Shown here: positions 1 through 10,056 of the stretch, piece after piece
Numbering within the stretch: position 1 is the stretch's first letter
How the letters are laid out: the number at the start of each line of letters is the position of its first letter
Virus record (IMG/VR): IMGVR_UViG_3300017917_003143
Coordinates: 62,001-126,000 of that record
Strand: one strand, 5' to 3'
DNA: 64,000 nt
The notes under the pieces: model-generated
Told to the model about the DNA's origin: nothing
Databases searched by the model: none
Seen by the model: only the letters and a program-made list of their open reading frames with translations
Translations under genes and position numbers: made by a program

Positions 1-2
1 AA

Positions 3-1007
3 ATGACCCAATTTAAATTCAATGCCCCTTGGGACACTCTCAAACATACCTGGGTCGGTTGCACTTACGGTCCGGAGTTTTTCCAGCCCATACGCAATTC
101 CAAGATACGAGAGTCTTTGCAAAAAATCGTACAAGAAACAGAAGAAGATTATCAAACATTGATTTCTACCCTGACCACATTTGGCATCAAGGTATCACGT
201 CCTGTGATCGACTCCAATCTTACGATCATGGACTATATCAACGATCAAGGAAAATTAAATTTCCAAGATTCAAAAAGTTTTACTCTGATACCCAGACCTC
301 CCATGCAACCTCGAGACAGCATGTTGGTAATCGGTGATCAAGCGATATCCACTCTTGAAGAGTCTTCGTGGTTTTACCCTGACTTGGAAAAATCGCCCTT
401 GCCGTTTGATGCACCCTTGGTCACAGTGGTCGGAAAACATGTCATAGTTGATTGCAGGGATCATCCGTGGTTGGCAGAATATATACAGCAAAGGTTTCCA
501 GATCGCAAGGTGATTCCTGTTTATATCGGCGGGCATAACGATGCTGTGTTTTGTCCAGTCAAACCAGGAGTCATTATCAGTACCTATCATCACGACAACT
601 ACACTGACACTTTTCCTGGCTGGGAAGTCAAGTATATTGAAAACCAGAGTTGGAATGCCATACCTGGATGGAGAAAGTTTAAACATTCCAATGTTGACAA
701 ATGGTGGGTGCCTGACGCAGACAACAATCCTGAATTTGCGAATTTTGTAGACACCTGGTTGAGTCAATGGGTGGGCTATGTCAAAGAAACTGTGTTTGAT
801 GTCAATATGTTGCAAATCAACGAACACACTGTGCTGGTCAACAATTATAATCAGGAGATGTTTGATTTTTTTAAAACACATGGCATTGAAGCCATAGTGA
901 CGCCCTTCCGTCATAGATTTTTTTGGGATGGTGGGATACATTGTATCACTGGAGACATATACCGAGAAGGAGAAGCCGATGTGGCATTCATTAACGCCCA
1001 AGGGTAA
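3..1007 (+). CDS. Amidinotransferase-family protein (glycine/inosamine-phosphate amidinotransferase-like)
   Basis: Motifs PRDSMLVIGD, GHNDAVF and C-terminal DGGIHCIT (catalytic Cys context); the start sits at the window edge and may be incomplete. Confidence 0.75.
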   Translation: MTQFKFNAPWDTLKHTWVGCTYGPEFFQPIRNSKIRESLQKIVQETEEDYQTLISTLTTFGIKVSRPVIDSNLTIMDYINDQGKLNFQDSKSFTLIPRPPMQPRDSMLVIGDQAISTLEESSWFYPDLEKSPLPFDAPLVTVVGKHVIVDCRDHPWLAEYIQQRFPDRKVIPVYIGGHNDAVFCPVKPGVIISTYHHDNYTDTFPGWEVKYIENQSWNAIPGWRKFKHSNVDKWWVPDADNNPEFANFVDTWLSQWVGYVKETVFDVNMLQINEHTVLVNNYNQEMFDFFKTHGIEAIVTPFRHRFFWDGGIHCITGDIYREGEADVAFINAQG

Positions 1008-1503
1008 GATACCTTATGTGCCTAAATGGAATCTGTGGTGCAAAATATCCCCAGTGATCACAGTGGGTGATGATGTCCTTGATGCTGATCGATTGGGAGA
1101 GTTTGGATCAGACCTACACGGATTTGAAGAGTTCAAGATATCAATACTGTATGACAACCAGGTTCTGTATTCAGGAACGTTTGATCAACACCAGCCCATA
1201 GTTGTTGATGTAGATTTATTAGACGATAAAGAAAATACAGATCATGTACTGTGCATCGGACTTGAGGGCAAGACTGACGATCACAGTTGTTTTCATCAGG
1301 GCAAAAGCGTTTCATTGGCCGCGAAAATCAACCTAAGCATAGAACAGATGCCCTTGGATCTCCATGTCATGGCAACAGGTATAAAAACCATCGCAGGCGA
1401 AAACGGCGTACAGAATTTTTCTATTAGCACACCTATCTATCGTTGGCTACTGAAAAATCATGAGCATATAACGGCTGATTTATATTCGATATATAAAGAA
1501 TGA
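979..1503 (+). CDS. Hypothetical protein
   Basis: ORF overlapping neighbours in an operon-like arrangement; ATG at 979 preferred over 928. Confidence 0.5.
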   Translation: MWHSLTPKGKIPYVPKWNLWCKISPVITVGDDVLDADRLGEFGSDLHGFEEFKISILYDNQVLYSGTFDQHQPIVVDVDLLDDKENTDHVLCIGLEGKTDDHSCFHQGKSVSLAAKINLSIEQMPLDLHVMATGIKTIAGENGVQNFSISTPIYRWLLKNHEHITADLYSIYKE

Positions 1504-2210
1504 CCCTATTTTTATACATCCTGGTGATGACACATATCACCATAGCCTGTGTTACCCTTTATTTGCATCGTAGCCAAGCTCATCGTGGCGTCACGTTTGA
1601 CCCACGTGTGAGTCATTTCATGCGTTTTTGGCTGTGGTTGACCACAGGCATGGTTACCAAACAATGGGTAGCCACACATCGCAAACATCATAGATTCACC
1701 GACGCAGAAGGCGATCCGCACAGTCCTAGAAACGAAGGCATCTGGCAAATCTTGCTGGGCGGTGCCTTTTACTATGCCTGGGCCGCAAAAGATCGGGCCA
1801 TGGTCGAACAATACGGAGCAGGAACACCCGATGATTGGATGGAACGCAACATATACACTCCATTCAATTGGTTGGGTGTGACACTAATGTTCTTTATCAA
1901 CTGCATGATCTGGGGATGGGCTTGGGGGTGGTTGCCTTGGCTATGGCAGATGATCTGGATTCCGCTATGGGCCGCAGGAGTCATAAACGGGCTTGGACAC
2001 TGGTGGGGCTACCGCAACACACAGACCCGAGACTATTCAACCAATATAGTACCTTGGGCGTTTTTTATCGGCGGCGAAGAACTGCACAACAATCACCATG
2101 CTGATCCTGCCAGTCCCAAACTCAGCCAAAAGCGTTGGGAATGGGATCTGGGTTGGACCTATATCCGTATTTTAGAACGCTGTAAATTGGCTACATTACG
2201 GACAAACTAA
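1500..2210 (+). CDS. Delta-9 acyl-CoA/acyl-lipid fatty acid desaturase
   Basis: Three His boxes HRSQAH, HRKHH, HNNHH plus hydrophobic TM segments. Confidence 0.9.
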   Translation: MTLFLYILVMTHITIACVTLYLHRSQAHRGVTFDPRVSHFMRFWLWLTTGMVTKQWVATHRKHHRFTDAEGDPHSPRNEGIWQILLGGAFYYAWAAKDRAMVEQYGAGTPDDWMERNIYTPFNWLGVTLMFFINCMIWGWAWGWLPWLWQMIWIPLWAAGVINGLGHWWGYRNTQTRDYSTNIVPWAFFIGGEELHNNHHADPASPKLSQKRWEWDLGWTYIRILERCKLATLRTN

Positions 2211-2285
2211 TTTGCTCAAAATCGTCAAATAGACGTAGATTTTTGTTGCGTTGCAACATAAATATCATATATAATAATGCAACAC

Positions 2286-2337
2286 CAAGACGCTGGATGG
2301 TCCGGGTCTTGTACCGTAAACTCGCTTAACTAAGGAG
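2286..2337 (+). promoter_or_regulatory. Structured 5' leader with ROSE-like SD-sequestering hairpin
   Basis: CTCGCTT (2321-2327) pairs with AAGGAG (2332-2337) with one bulged G; an upstream caagac/gtcttg hairpin is also present. Confidence 0.55.
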
Positions 2338-2343
2338 AAAAAC

Positions 2344-2619
2344 ATGTTTACATTTGATTCAACAATCGACGCAGTACAAACAGGCAAGAAGCAGTTCGTA
2401 AAGACTTTCGTAACAGACGAAAAGATCGCTGATGCTTTAAACCAATTCATTGACAACCAAACTGAGTACACCAAAAAAGCTGTCAAAGCCACAGTGGACG
2501 CAGGTACCACAGTTGCTCAAGAGTCTATCAAGCACATCCAAGAAGCCGCTAAATTTGATTATACCAAATTTGGTGAAGGCATCATGAAGGCCTACACAGC
2601 GCAAACCAAAACCAAGTAA
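2344..2619 (+). CDS. Small helical protein, phasin-like
   Basis: 91 aa, amphipathic Ala/Lys/Thr-rich helices, strong SD; the phasin call is by resemblance only. Confidence 0.45.
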   Translation: MFTFDSTIDAVQTGKKQFVKTFVTDEKIADALNQFIDNQTEYTKKAVKATVDAGTTVAQESIKHIQEAAKFDYTKFGEGIMKAYTAQTKTK

Positions 2620-2655
2620 TTTGGGCAAAAAACGGTAAAGCTCGCGCTAGACCAG

Positions 2656-2698
2656 AAAATCCTACTTGTGTAATAATACACACATAGTAGGATTTTTT
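2656..2698 (+). terminator. Intrinsic terminator
   Basis: aaaatcctact/agtaggatttt stem with an inner tgtgt/acaca stem and a U-tract. Confidence 0.7.
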
Positions 2699-2722
2699 AT
2701 GACCAATCTTTTAGGAGAAGCT

Positions 2723-2845
2723 ATGAAGCACTTGGTTATCGCATTATTCGTGGCCTGTTTGACAGGTTGTGGTACGATTGGAGGCATGGTTTCCGGTGCC
2801 GGTTCCGATCTTTCTAAAGCCGGGGAATGGATCAAATCTAAATGA
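2723..2845 (+). CDS. 40-aa lipoprotein, entericidin EcnA/B-like (missed by the ORF track)
   Basis: MKHLVIALFVACLTGCGTIGGMVSGAGSDLSKAGEWIKSK; SD aggag; lipobox LTGC; ATGA overlap with the next gene. Confidence 0.7.
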   Translation: MKHLVIALFVACLTGCGTIGGMVSGAGSDLSKAGEWIKSK

Positions 2846-3522
2846 AAAAGACAGCACTTTATCTTGCCGTGATCACGACTCTTGGCCTCACTGCCTGTAG
2901 CTCAACCAAGGTCGCAGACGTAGGATCGGGCACCGCAGTCCCTCCTGGCACACAACAAGCCATCTCTGAACAACGTGCGGCTTCTGATTTCAAGCGCGAA
3001 GGTGTGCGTGTGATTTATAGTTTCACTGGCAATCTTGAAGCCGTAGAAGCCGTAGGCTATGCTCCAGTCTGGGGCAACAGCCAGAATGCTGTGCAACAGG
3101 CCTATGAAACTGCCTATGTATTGGCCAAGGATCGCATGAGTTCTTTCTTGCATCCAGAGACTATCACTTCTAAGCGTTTTGTAGATACCATCGCAAAGAA
3201 CTTGGAAAAGGCACGTGACAACAAGACCAACAAGTTTGCTACCAACAAGAACAATGACTTCTCTTTTGAAACCGCGGACACTGAAGCCGCTCGAGAGGGC
3301 GAAGTCAATCGCGAAGAAAACACTGCGGTACGCAACGATGCTGTCAATATCGCATCTAACATCCGTACCACAGTGAGCATCCAACGTTCAGGTATCCTGG
3401 GCGGTGTAGTGCTCAAAGAAGGTCGTGTTATCAACGACGGTAAGAATGTACAGGTGATTGTGCGTTGGGATCGCAAAGACAACAGTCAGCGTCGTGTGAT
3501 CCTTAAAGAAATGATGCAGTGA
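2842..3522 (+). CDS. Lipoprotein (LPP20-like)
   Basis: Signal peptide with lipobox LTAC. Confidence 0.7.
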   Translation: MKKTALYLAVITTLGLTACSSTKVADVGSGTAVPPGTQQAISEQRAASDFKREGVRVIYSFTGNLEAVEAVGYAPVWGNSQNAVQQAYETAYVLAKDRMSSFLHPETITSKRFVDTIAKNLEKARDNKTNKFATNKNNDFSFETADTEAAREGEVNREENTAVRNDAVNIASNIRTTVSIQRSGILGGVVLKEGRVINDGKNVQVIVRWDRKDNSQRRVILKEMMQ

Positions 3523-4619
3523 TGCGGCACCTAGCACTGGCACTGGCTGTGTTGCTTTCGGCCAGTGTGTCAGCGCAGACTGCTGACACTACTGCTATCT
3601 TAAAGCCGAACCCTGTGAGTGTGGTGATCACAGTGGTGCCTTGGTTGCTCAAGGACAGTGAACGCTACTACTTTGTCACTGCCAAGGGCTATGGCCGGAC
3701 CACTGAAGAAGCCAGGACCGAAGCCCTTAGGGCCGCTGTGGATCAGGCAGTGGGATCTGTGGTTAACTCAGAACGTGAAGTAGAAAATCAAAGACTCCGG
3801 CGCAGTGAAGTGGTACAGTATGCCGCGGGCTTTGTAGACCGTTATGAAGTCCGGCGCATCGAACAAGAAAATGGTTTCGTGGCCATGACGGTAGATGTGT
3901 ATGTCAAGCGTAGCCGCCTCACTGACCGGTTGTTGGGAGATCATCGTACTCCAGGCAAGATAGATGGTGAGCGGTTACAAGCGCAAACTGAAACTCTCAA
4001 TCATAGCAGACAACAAGGAGATCGGCTGTTGGGCATGGTCCTGGCTGATTTTCCCCGGCGAGCGTTTGACATCGAGCAAGGCCCCAGCAGAGTTTACTAC
4101 AATGATCAGCGCCAGCGACAGTTGGAACTCAGCTTTAAACTAAAGTGGCGCCATGCTTATTTGGAGAATCTACGCGAAGCCCTGGCCACAGTGAGCCAAA
4201 ATTCCAATGCTGGTGATTGTATTGGGTTATATGCCCGAGCATGCTCCTATCAAGGCTATGTCACGATCAAAGCTCGCCCAGGACAGCACGGGTGGAGCCG
4301 TACTGCGGCGTTTGATGATTCTGTCACCCTAAACATGATACATCAGCATTTGATACAAAGCCGGCCTGCTGTGCTGATCACTATAGATGATCGCCAAGGG
4401 CGCAGGATTTGGCAAGGGTGTCAACGCTGGAGCGAACTGGATAACGAAATGTCAGGGTGGGTACCAAACGAGCGATTGCTACAGCCTACCCGTGATGGGA
4501 TCCAAATAAATGGGTATCTTGCCCTGGATGCCCGGGTACCTTTTAATCTAACAGACTCTACACCGGTGTTAGACACCGTAAAAATGGAGGTTGTCCGCAA
4601 CGCCCAATGCCCGAATTAA
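3519..4619 (+). CDS. Secreted/periplasmic protein with LPP20/FlgT-N-like domain
   Basis: Signal peptide ending ASVSA-Q; motif VTAKGYG..EEAR.EALRAAV.QAVG. Confidence 0.55.
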   Translation: MMRHLALALAVLLSASVSAQTADTTAILKPNPVSVVITVVPWLLKDSERYYFVTAKGYGRTTEEARTEALRAAVDQAVGSVVNSEREVENQRLRRSEVVQYAAGFVDRYEVRRIEQENGFVAMTVDVYVKRSRLTDRLLGDHRTPGKIDGERLQAQTETLNHSRQQGDRLLGMVLADFPRRAFDIEQGPSRVYYNDQRQRQLELSFKLKWRHAYLENLREALATVSQNSNAGDCIGLYARACSYQGYVTIKARPGQHGWSRTAAFDDSVTLNMIHQHLIQSRPAVLITIDDRQGRRIWQGCQRWSELDNEMSGWVPNERLLQPTRDGIQINGYLALDARVPFNLTDSTPVLDTVKMEVVRNAQCPN

Positions 4620-4713
4620 CTGAGCCGATTTTGAATTTGCTCATAAGTAAGTGAGTTGTTCAAAATCTATGTTATAATATACATACTTTACAAACAGCAC
4701 TATTTTCTAGACT

Positions 4714-5295
4714 ATGACTGCGATGATCCAAGAAAAAGACGATCTTACATACTCTCCTGGTGACGATCTTAAAAAGAGTGGCATCTACACATTTATGGGT
4801 GATGTAGACAGTGACAGTATGTTGCCCATCATCGAATGGATCCTACATGAAAACTACATAGTCAAGAAAAAGAAAAAAGAACTCATCCTGATGATTTGCA
4901 GTCGCGGCGGGGATATGGAAGAAGCCTTTGCCTTGATTGACGTGATGAAGAGCAGTAATATACCCATCAAGACTGTGGGCTTGGGGCAGATTGCCAGCTG
5001 TGGATTGTTGATATTCCTAGCAGGTACTCTCGGTCGTAGAGTTCTTACACCCAACACATCTATTTTAAGTCATCAATATTCATGGGGCAGTGATGGCAAG
5101 CATCACGAGCTCTTTGCTATAACCAAAGAGTTTGGTCTAGCCCAACAAAGAATGTTGGATCACTATTGCGAGACCACTGGGCTTGATGAAGAAACAGTCA
5201 AAGCAAAACTATTGCCGGCCAATGATGTATGGCTCAGTGCGCTAGAAGCCAAAGAACTAGGCATCTGCGATCATATCGCACACATCGTGCGTTAA
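4714..5295 (+). CDS. Divergent ClpP-like protease
   Basis: ICSRGG, QIASCG (Ser), LSHQ (His) and NDVWLS (Asp) match the ClpP layout. Confidence 0.8.
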   Translation: MTAMIQEKDDLTYSPGDDLKKSGIYTFMGDVDSDSMLPIIEWILHENYIVKKKKKELILMICSRGGDMEEAFALIDVMKSSNIPIKTVGLGQIASCGLLIFLAGTLGRRVLTPNTSILSHQYSWGSDGKHHELFAITKEFGLAQQRMLDHYCETTGLDEETVKAKLLPANDVWLSALEAKELGICDHIAHIVR

Positions 5296-6854
5296 AAACT
5301 TTTACGGCGTTTACGTCCCAAAGCCTCAGCATCGCCTGGGGCTTTTGCTTTTGTGTCCGCGGCTTTGATAGAACTACGTTGTTGAGCGATCTTGTCTAGC
5401 TTGGCGTCAACAGGTTCTGTTTCTAAACTGTCCACAGGATCCACAGGATTGACGTCTGATGGTTTAGCACCATTCTTCAAAATAGTGAATGTATAGTTGC
5501 CTTTGCCGCCTGTGGAGAAGTAGACTTTGCTGGCATCTAACAGCACACCTGTAACCGCTTCTGATGGATACTTGGCTTCCAGGGCAGTGATAGTAATGGT
5601 ATCGCCGCTGACTCCGGTATAGGTGTACATCTGTACCAAGGCCGCATTGTTCAATATCGATGATGCGGCTTCACCAAAGTTGGTATTTTTGTTGACATAG
5701 TCAGCCACAGGATAAGCGATAGCGGCAATCATGTGTTCAATGGGGATGATCCTACTGGGGTCCTTGCTCTTGCGTCCCTCGTACATTTTTTCAAGTCGCG
5801 GACTCAATAAGCCAGAGCCGATGATCTTGTCATTGGGGCCCATGGACTTGAGTTTCATGACTTGATCAGCTTCTTCGGGCGTGATCATTTTATATTGTAC
5901 AGCCAAAGCCAAGGGAGCACCAAAGTGTCCTTGGCGTTCAATGGTGTTTAGTAATTCGATAGAATCTGCATACTTGTCCAAGAGTTTTTGTCCGGCAGGA
6001 ACTGCTTCTAATTCTTTGACAGATTTTTGCAAGTTGGTCACTGATGCTGAAGCACCGTCTTTGCCTTTGCTGGACAGCTTGATCTGTTTACCATCTGGAT
6101 TGACCAACAAGCTGTCGTAAAGACCGCCAATGGTATTGGTATTGAAACTGATAGTACAATCGCTGTACCCGCCGCCACCAAAGAAAATATCAGCGGCTTC
6201 GTTGGCATTACCTTTGACTTTTTTGCCTAACACCAATGCGATAGGTTGCAGAACTTCAGCAAAGTAATCGCGGAAGGCTTCGGGATTCATGTTACCTCGG
6301 GGTATTTGGCAAGGAATGTCTGACTCGATGAAAATCTGCAGTGCTCGAGTTTCGTCGCTGTCAGGACCAAACTTAGCGATACATTGTTGTAGAATCGTGT
6401 CTGGTGTGTTGTTTTGATACTGTGTGAGCCACTCGCTGGGTTTGAGTCCAGAGTTTTCTTTTTGTCCCACTTTGCTCTGATACTTGAACCCGCCGGGTAT
6501 GGCATCGTGTGGGAAATTGTTCTGTGTGCGATTGGGGCTGATTTCTTTGTAGTATCTCCCCAGATAGTAAGGTGTTTCGTCTTCACCAGTGAAAGTGGCA
6601 ATAGCAAAGGCTCCAGAACCAGCTGTGGGCTGGTTGGTCCAGTGTATGTTTATGCCATTTTTTGCGAGACTTGCAATGGCCGCACTCATTTCATCAGTTG
6701 ATGCATAACGGCCGTTTTCGGGATAGAAATCCAAGCCCTGGAAAGTGATGATGTCATCTACATTATTTTTGAATTTTTCCCCGGGTTTGCGATTGGCCAA
6801 ACCCACACCTTCGTCCAGGGCAGGATATTTGATGATATTTATTAAGTCTCTCAT
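5292..6854 (-). CDS. Probable virion (head) protein, unknown function
   Basis: 520 aa; N-terminus MRDLINII...LDEG resembles a cleavable propeptide; TAAGTA late-like motif upstream on the minus strand (6879-6884). Confidence 0.55.
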   Translation of the reverse strand: MRDLINIIKYPALDEGVGLANRKPGEKFKNNVDDIITFQGLDFYPENGRYASTDEMSAAIASLAKNGINIHWTNQPTAGSGAFAIATFTGEDETPYYLGRYYKEISPNRTQNNFPHDAIPGGFKYQSKVGQKENSGLKPSEWLTQYQNNTPDTILQQCIAKFGPDSDETRALQIFIESDIPCQIPRGNMNPEAFRDYFAEVLQPIALVLGKKVKGNANEAADIFFGGGGYSDCTISFNTNTIGGLYDSLLVNPDGKQIKLSSKGKDGASASVTNLQKSVKELEAVPAGQKLLDKYADSIELLNTIERQGHFGAPLALAVQYKMITPEEADQVMKLKSMGPNDKIIGSGLLSPRLEKMYEGRKSKDPSRIIPIEHMIAAIAYPVADYVNKNTNFGEAASSILNNAALVQMYTYTGVSGDTITITALEAKYPSEAVTGVLLDASKVYFSTGGKGNYTFTILKNGAKPSDVNPVDPVDSLETEPVDAKLDKIAQQRSSIKAADTKAKAPGDAEALGRKRRKSF

Positions 6855-6916
6855 TGCGATTCTTTTCTGTGTATGCTATACTTATCTAGGATACTTACAT
6901 TACAACAGGAGAATTC

Positions 6917-7513
6917 ATGCCCAATTTAGTGCCCATTGTGCTGGAACAAACCAGCCGCGGAGAACGCAGTTACGACATTTATAGCCGATTACTGAAAGAT
7001 CGCATCGTCATGCTAGACACAGATGTAAACAGCCATAGTGCTAGTTTGATAGTGGCGCAGATGCTGTTCTTAGAAGCTGAAGATCCAGACAAAGACATCT
7101 TGTTTTACATCAATTCGCCCGGCGGGTCGGTTACCGCAGGAATGAGCATTTACGACACAATGAATTACATCAAATGTGATGTCACTACCATCGTTATGGG
7201 GCAAGCCGCGAGCATGGGTTCTTGTCTAGCTCAGGCTGGCGCACCCGGTAAGCGTTACATCTTGCCCAACGCACGACACATGATCCACCAGCCCTTGGGC
7301 GGAGCAGAAGGTCAAGCCACAGACATTGAGATCCATGCTCGTGAGATCTTGCGCTGGAAAGATGTGTTGACCAACATTTATGTCAAGCATAATTCAGCAG
7401 GCAAAACTTTTGAAGATTTGCGCAATGATATGGAACGAGATAATTTCATGACCGCAGAACAAAGTGTCGCATACGGATTAGCAGACAAGGTTATCAACAA
7501 GAGAGATGCCTAA
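6917..7513 (+). CDS. clpP: ATP-dependent Clp protease proteolytic subunit
   Basis: [48 protein letters not shown]. Confidence 0.97.
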   Translation: MPNLVPIVLEQTSRGERSYDIYSRLLKDRIVMLDTDVNSHSASLIVAQMLFLEAEDPDKDILFYINSPGGSVTAGMSIYDTMNYIKCDVTTIVMGQAASMGSCLAQAGAPGKRYILPNARHMIHQPLGGAEGQATDIEIHAREILRWKDVLTNIYVKHNSAGKTFEDLRNDMERDNFMTAEQSVAYGLADKVINKRDA

Positions 7514-8816
7514 ACAAGAAGTTTTCTGCAACAGTCCGTGGTATGAACTGCATGTATACTGGGATGGGTCTTTAGCATTTTGTTGCCATGCCACTCCCAG
7601 AGTTCCTTATGATTCCAAAGAGAAATCAACGTATAACATAAAGAACATGACCATTCGAGAATGGTATGATTCTGAACCTATGCGAAAATCACGAATGTGG
7701 ATGCTGGGTGACCAACGTTGGAATCACTGTGATCGTTGTTGGCATGAGGAATCTGTTTCAGACACCAGTCGCCGTCATCGTAGTAATCAGAAATCAGTTA
7801 TCTTTCGACAAAACTTTAATGAAAGTCTACAGCAGAGTCCAGGGTGGTCAAAATTTAAGCACAGCCTAGATAATCAAGGGGCCTATAGTGGATTGCCTAT
7901 AGACTTACACATTGATCTTGGAAACTATTGCAACTTGGCCTGCAAGATGTGCAATCCTTATGCTTCCAGTCGCATCGCTAGCCAGCACAAACAATGGGGC
8001 ATATTGGATCGTAGTACACAAGATTGGACTCAAGACCAAACTGTATGGAACAGATTCCTCCAGGAACTATTAGATACTCCTCAGTTAAAAAATATACACT
8101 TCATGGGTGGAGAGACTCTGATACAACCAAGATTTCGAGAGCTCATTGAATTTCTACATTTACATGATCGCACGGATCTATGCGTGAGTTTTGTCACCAA
8201 TGGTACTGTGTATGATCAAGACCTTGTTGGTAAATTAAAATCTTTTGAGCGGGTAGGGATAGAAGTCAGTATCGAAGCATTAGATGAGGTCAATGCTTAT
8301 GTCCGTCAAGGAACAGACACTGATCTAGTGATCAAGAATATAGAAAAATATCTTGCAGAGTGCAATGGATCCTCGATCACTGTGACTCTGCGTCCTGCTC
8401 CAGGATTATTGACTGTAAAAAGCTATTGGCAAGTCATTGAGTATGCGTTACAAAATTCTCTGTTGATCAAAAGCAACCTGTGTACTGATCCTGCATTTTT
8501 ACACATCAATGTTCTGCCAGAAGAATTAAAACTCAAATACAAACAGTTTTATGTAGATCTCGTGCAACGATGGAATTTAAGAGATCAAAATCTTGATCCA
8601 GATTCCAATGAAAGCGACCCTAATAACTATCTATCAGTGGCAGTAAATCAGATATTGCAAATTATAAATCTATTAGAATCGCCGCCTCCCGCTGATCAAG
8701 AAGATTTGCTTAGGCAGTTAGTTGATCATCTGCAAAGATGGGATCCTGTCTACGGCCTTGATGCCAGACTGGTCTACCCAGAATTGATTCCTACGTTAGA
8801 TAGATATGGATACTAG
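7506..8816 (+). CDS. Radical SAM protein with N-terminal SPASM/twitch-like Cys cluster
   Basis: CNLACKMC (CxxxCxxC), FMGGET, N-terminal CC...CxxC. Confidence 0.9.
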   Translation: MPKQEVFCNSPWYELHVYWDGSLAFCCHATPRVPYDSKEKSTYNIKNMTIREWYDSEPMRKSRMWMLGDQRWNHCDRCWHEESVSDTSRRHRSNQKSVIFRQNFNESLQQSPGWSKFKHSLDNQGAYSGLPIDLHIDLGNYCNLACKMCNPYASSRIASQHKQWGILDRSTQDWTQDQTVWNRFLQELLDTPQLKNIHFMGGETLIQPRFRELIEFLHLHDRTDLCVSFVTNGTVYDQDLVGKLKSFERVGIEVSIEALDEVNAYVRQGTDTDLVIKNIEKYLAECNGSSITVTLRPAPGLLTVKSYWQVIEYALQNSLLIKSNLCTDPAFLHINVLPEELKLKYKQFYVDLVQRWNLRDQNLDPDSNESDPNNYLSVAVNQILQIINLLESPPPADQEDLLRQLVDHLQRWDPVYGLDARLVYPELIPTLDRYGY

Positions 8817-9273
8817 ATATTTTGATACCAAGGTAGAGTTATCGATTACTCCAATATATCACGACGAGCCACCGTTGATCAAAGTCATTGGATTTGATCA
8901 ACCATGGAACAGTTATCTAGAGCAACCTCAAGTGTTTACTTTCAATCAGCGTTGCAGAGCAGGTTTGTACACTTTTGAAATACAACTGCTCAACAAAAAA
9001 GACAGTGATACTATTGCTGATCAAGGATTAGACAAAGCCGTGACCATAGACTGGATAGCAATCAACGGAATACGAGATCAGAAGTTCATCTGGAAAGGCC
9101 AATACAGTCCGGAATATCCTGAACCTTGGTATGGCCAGCAGGACCCCAAGCCGCCTAAGGTGATGTCAGGACATACTTACTTGGGATGGAATGGTCGGTG
9201 GACTTTAGACGTCACTGTGCCAGCATTTGTTTGGGTGCATCAAACGCTGGACTTGGGCTGGATATATGATTGA
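8806..9273 (+). CDS. Hypothetical protein
   Basis: ORF coupled to the radical SAM gene. Confidence 0.5.
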   Translation: MDTRYFDTKVELSITPIYHDEPPLIKVIGFDQPWNSYLEQPQVFTFNQRCRAGLYTFEIQLLNKKDSDTIADQGLDKAVTIDWIAINGIRDQKFIWKGQYSPEYPEPWYGQQDPKPPKVMSGHTYLGWNGRWTLDVTVPAFVWVHQTLDLGWIYD

Positions 9274-9803
9274 ATTCTTTTTAACCAATTCTGTCTAGCA
9301 GTCAACCAAAAATCCACCACGCGGTTGACCTGCTCGCGCTGCCAATCTTGACATTCGGGTTCGGGAACTGCAAAACGTGCTTCGGCCGGTTTTGACAGCA
9401 TCAAGGGCAACAGGTTGTGCTTTTTCAAGATCTTGGGTATGATGTTGTTGTCGGGCAAACAAAACATCATAAGATCTTGGATGCTGTGTGTCTTACACCA
9501 GGTCACAGCACGTTCAACCAAGGCATGTGCTATGCCTCGCTGACGATGATTGCGTGATACTGCCACGCTGAGTTCGGCATGATTTTCTCGATGGGCGACT
9601 TGGCACACGCCAATAATGTTACAGGCCAGCTCGACTACAAAGAATTGATGCTCTTGTATATGGAAACGATCCCATGTCTGTTCAATCACTAGATCTGAAG
9701 CATGAAAACCGAAGTACATGTATCGGCTTTCTTGATCCAGCGATTTAAAGAATCTTTGTATAGCCGGCCAATCACTGACCTCGGCGCTTCTTACAGGCCA
9801 CAT
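9240..9803 (-). CDS. GNAT-family acetyltransferase
   Basis: ELSVAVSRNHRQRGIAHAL (R/Q-x-x-G-x-A acetyl-CoA motif). Confidence 0.85.
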   Translation of the reverse strand: MWPVRSAEVSDWPAIQRFFKSLDQESRYMYFGFHASDLVIEQTWDRFHIQEHQFFVVELACNIIGVCQVAHRENHAELSVAVSRNHRQRGIAHALVERAVTWCKTHSIQDLMMFCLPDNNIIPKILKKHNLLPLMLSKPAEARFAVPEPECQDWQREQVNRVVDFWLTARQNWLKRIQSYIQPKSSV

Positions 9804-9920
9804 TTATTTGTAAAGATTTTGTGCGTCTTGCCATTTGCCGTTGCGGGCCAAGTCGGCGGCGTATTTGGCTTGGCCAAGGTCGCATAAAAATTCCCAGATG
9901 CTTGATAGTATTGATTTCAT
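9804..9920 (-). CDS. 38-aa hypothetical protein MKSILSSIWEFLCDLGQAKYAADLARNGKWQDAQNLYK
   Basis: SD aagga; perfect TATAAATA upstream; stop directly abuts the GNAT start. Confidence 0.6.
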   Translation of the reverse strand: MKSILSSIWEFLCDLGQAKYAADLARNGKWQDAQNLYK

Positions 9921-9950
9921 AATGGTTTTCCTTATTAGTGTTTCTACTGA

Positions 9951-9958
9951 TATTTATA
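9951..9958 (-). promoter_or_regulatory. T4-type late promoter TATAAATA
   Basis: Exact match to the gp55 consensus upstream of the small ORF/GNAT operon. Confidence 0.6.
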
Positions 9959-10002
9959 TGTTGCACCACCACAAAATATTAAAGTTTTATGACACCGCAA
10001 GG

Positions 10003-10031
10003 TTGACCAGAAATCGCCATTTTGCTACAAT
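10003..10031 (+). promoter_or_regulatory. Early sigma70-type promoter
   Basis: TTGACC-N17-TACAAT. Confidence 0.7.
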
Positions 10032-10056
10032 ATGGATTCAACAGTTGGAGCAGACT

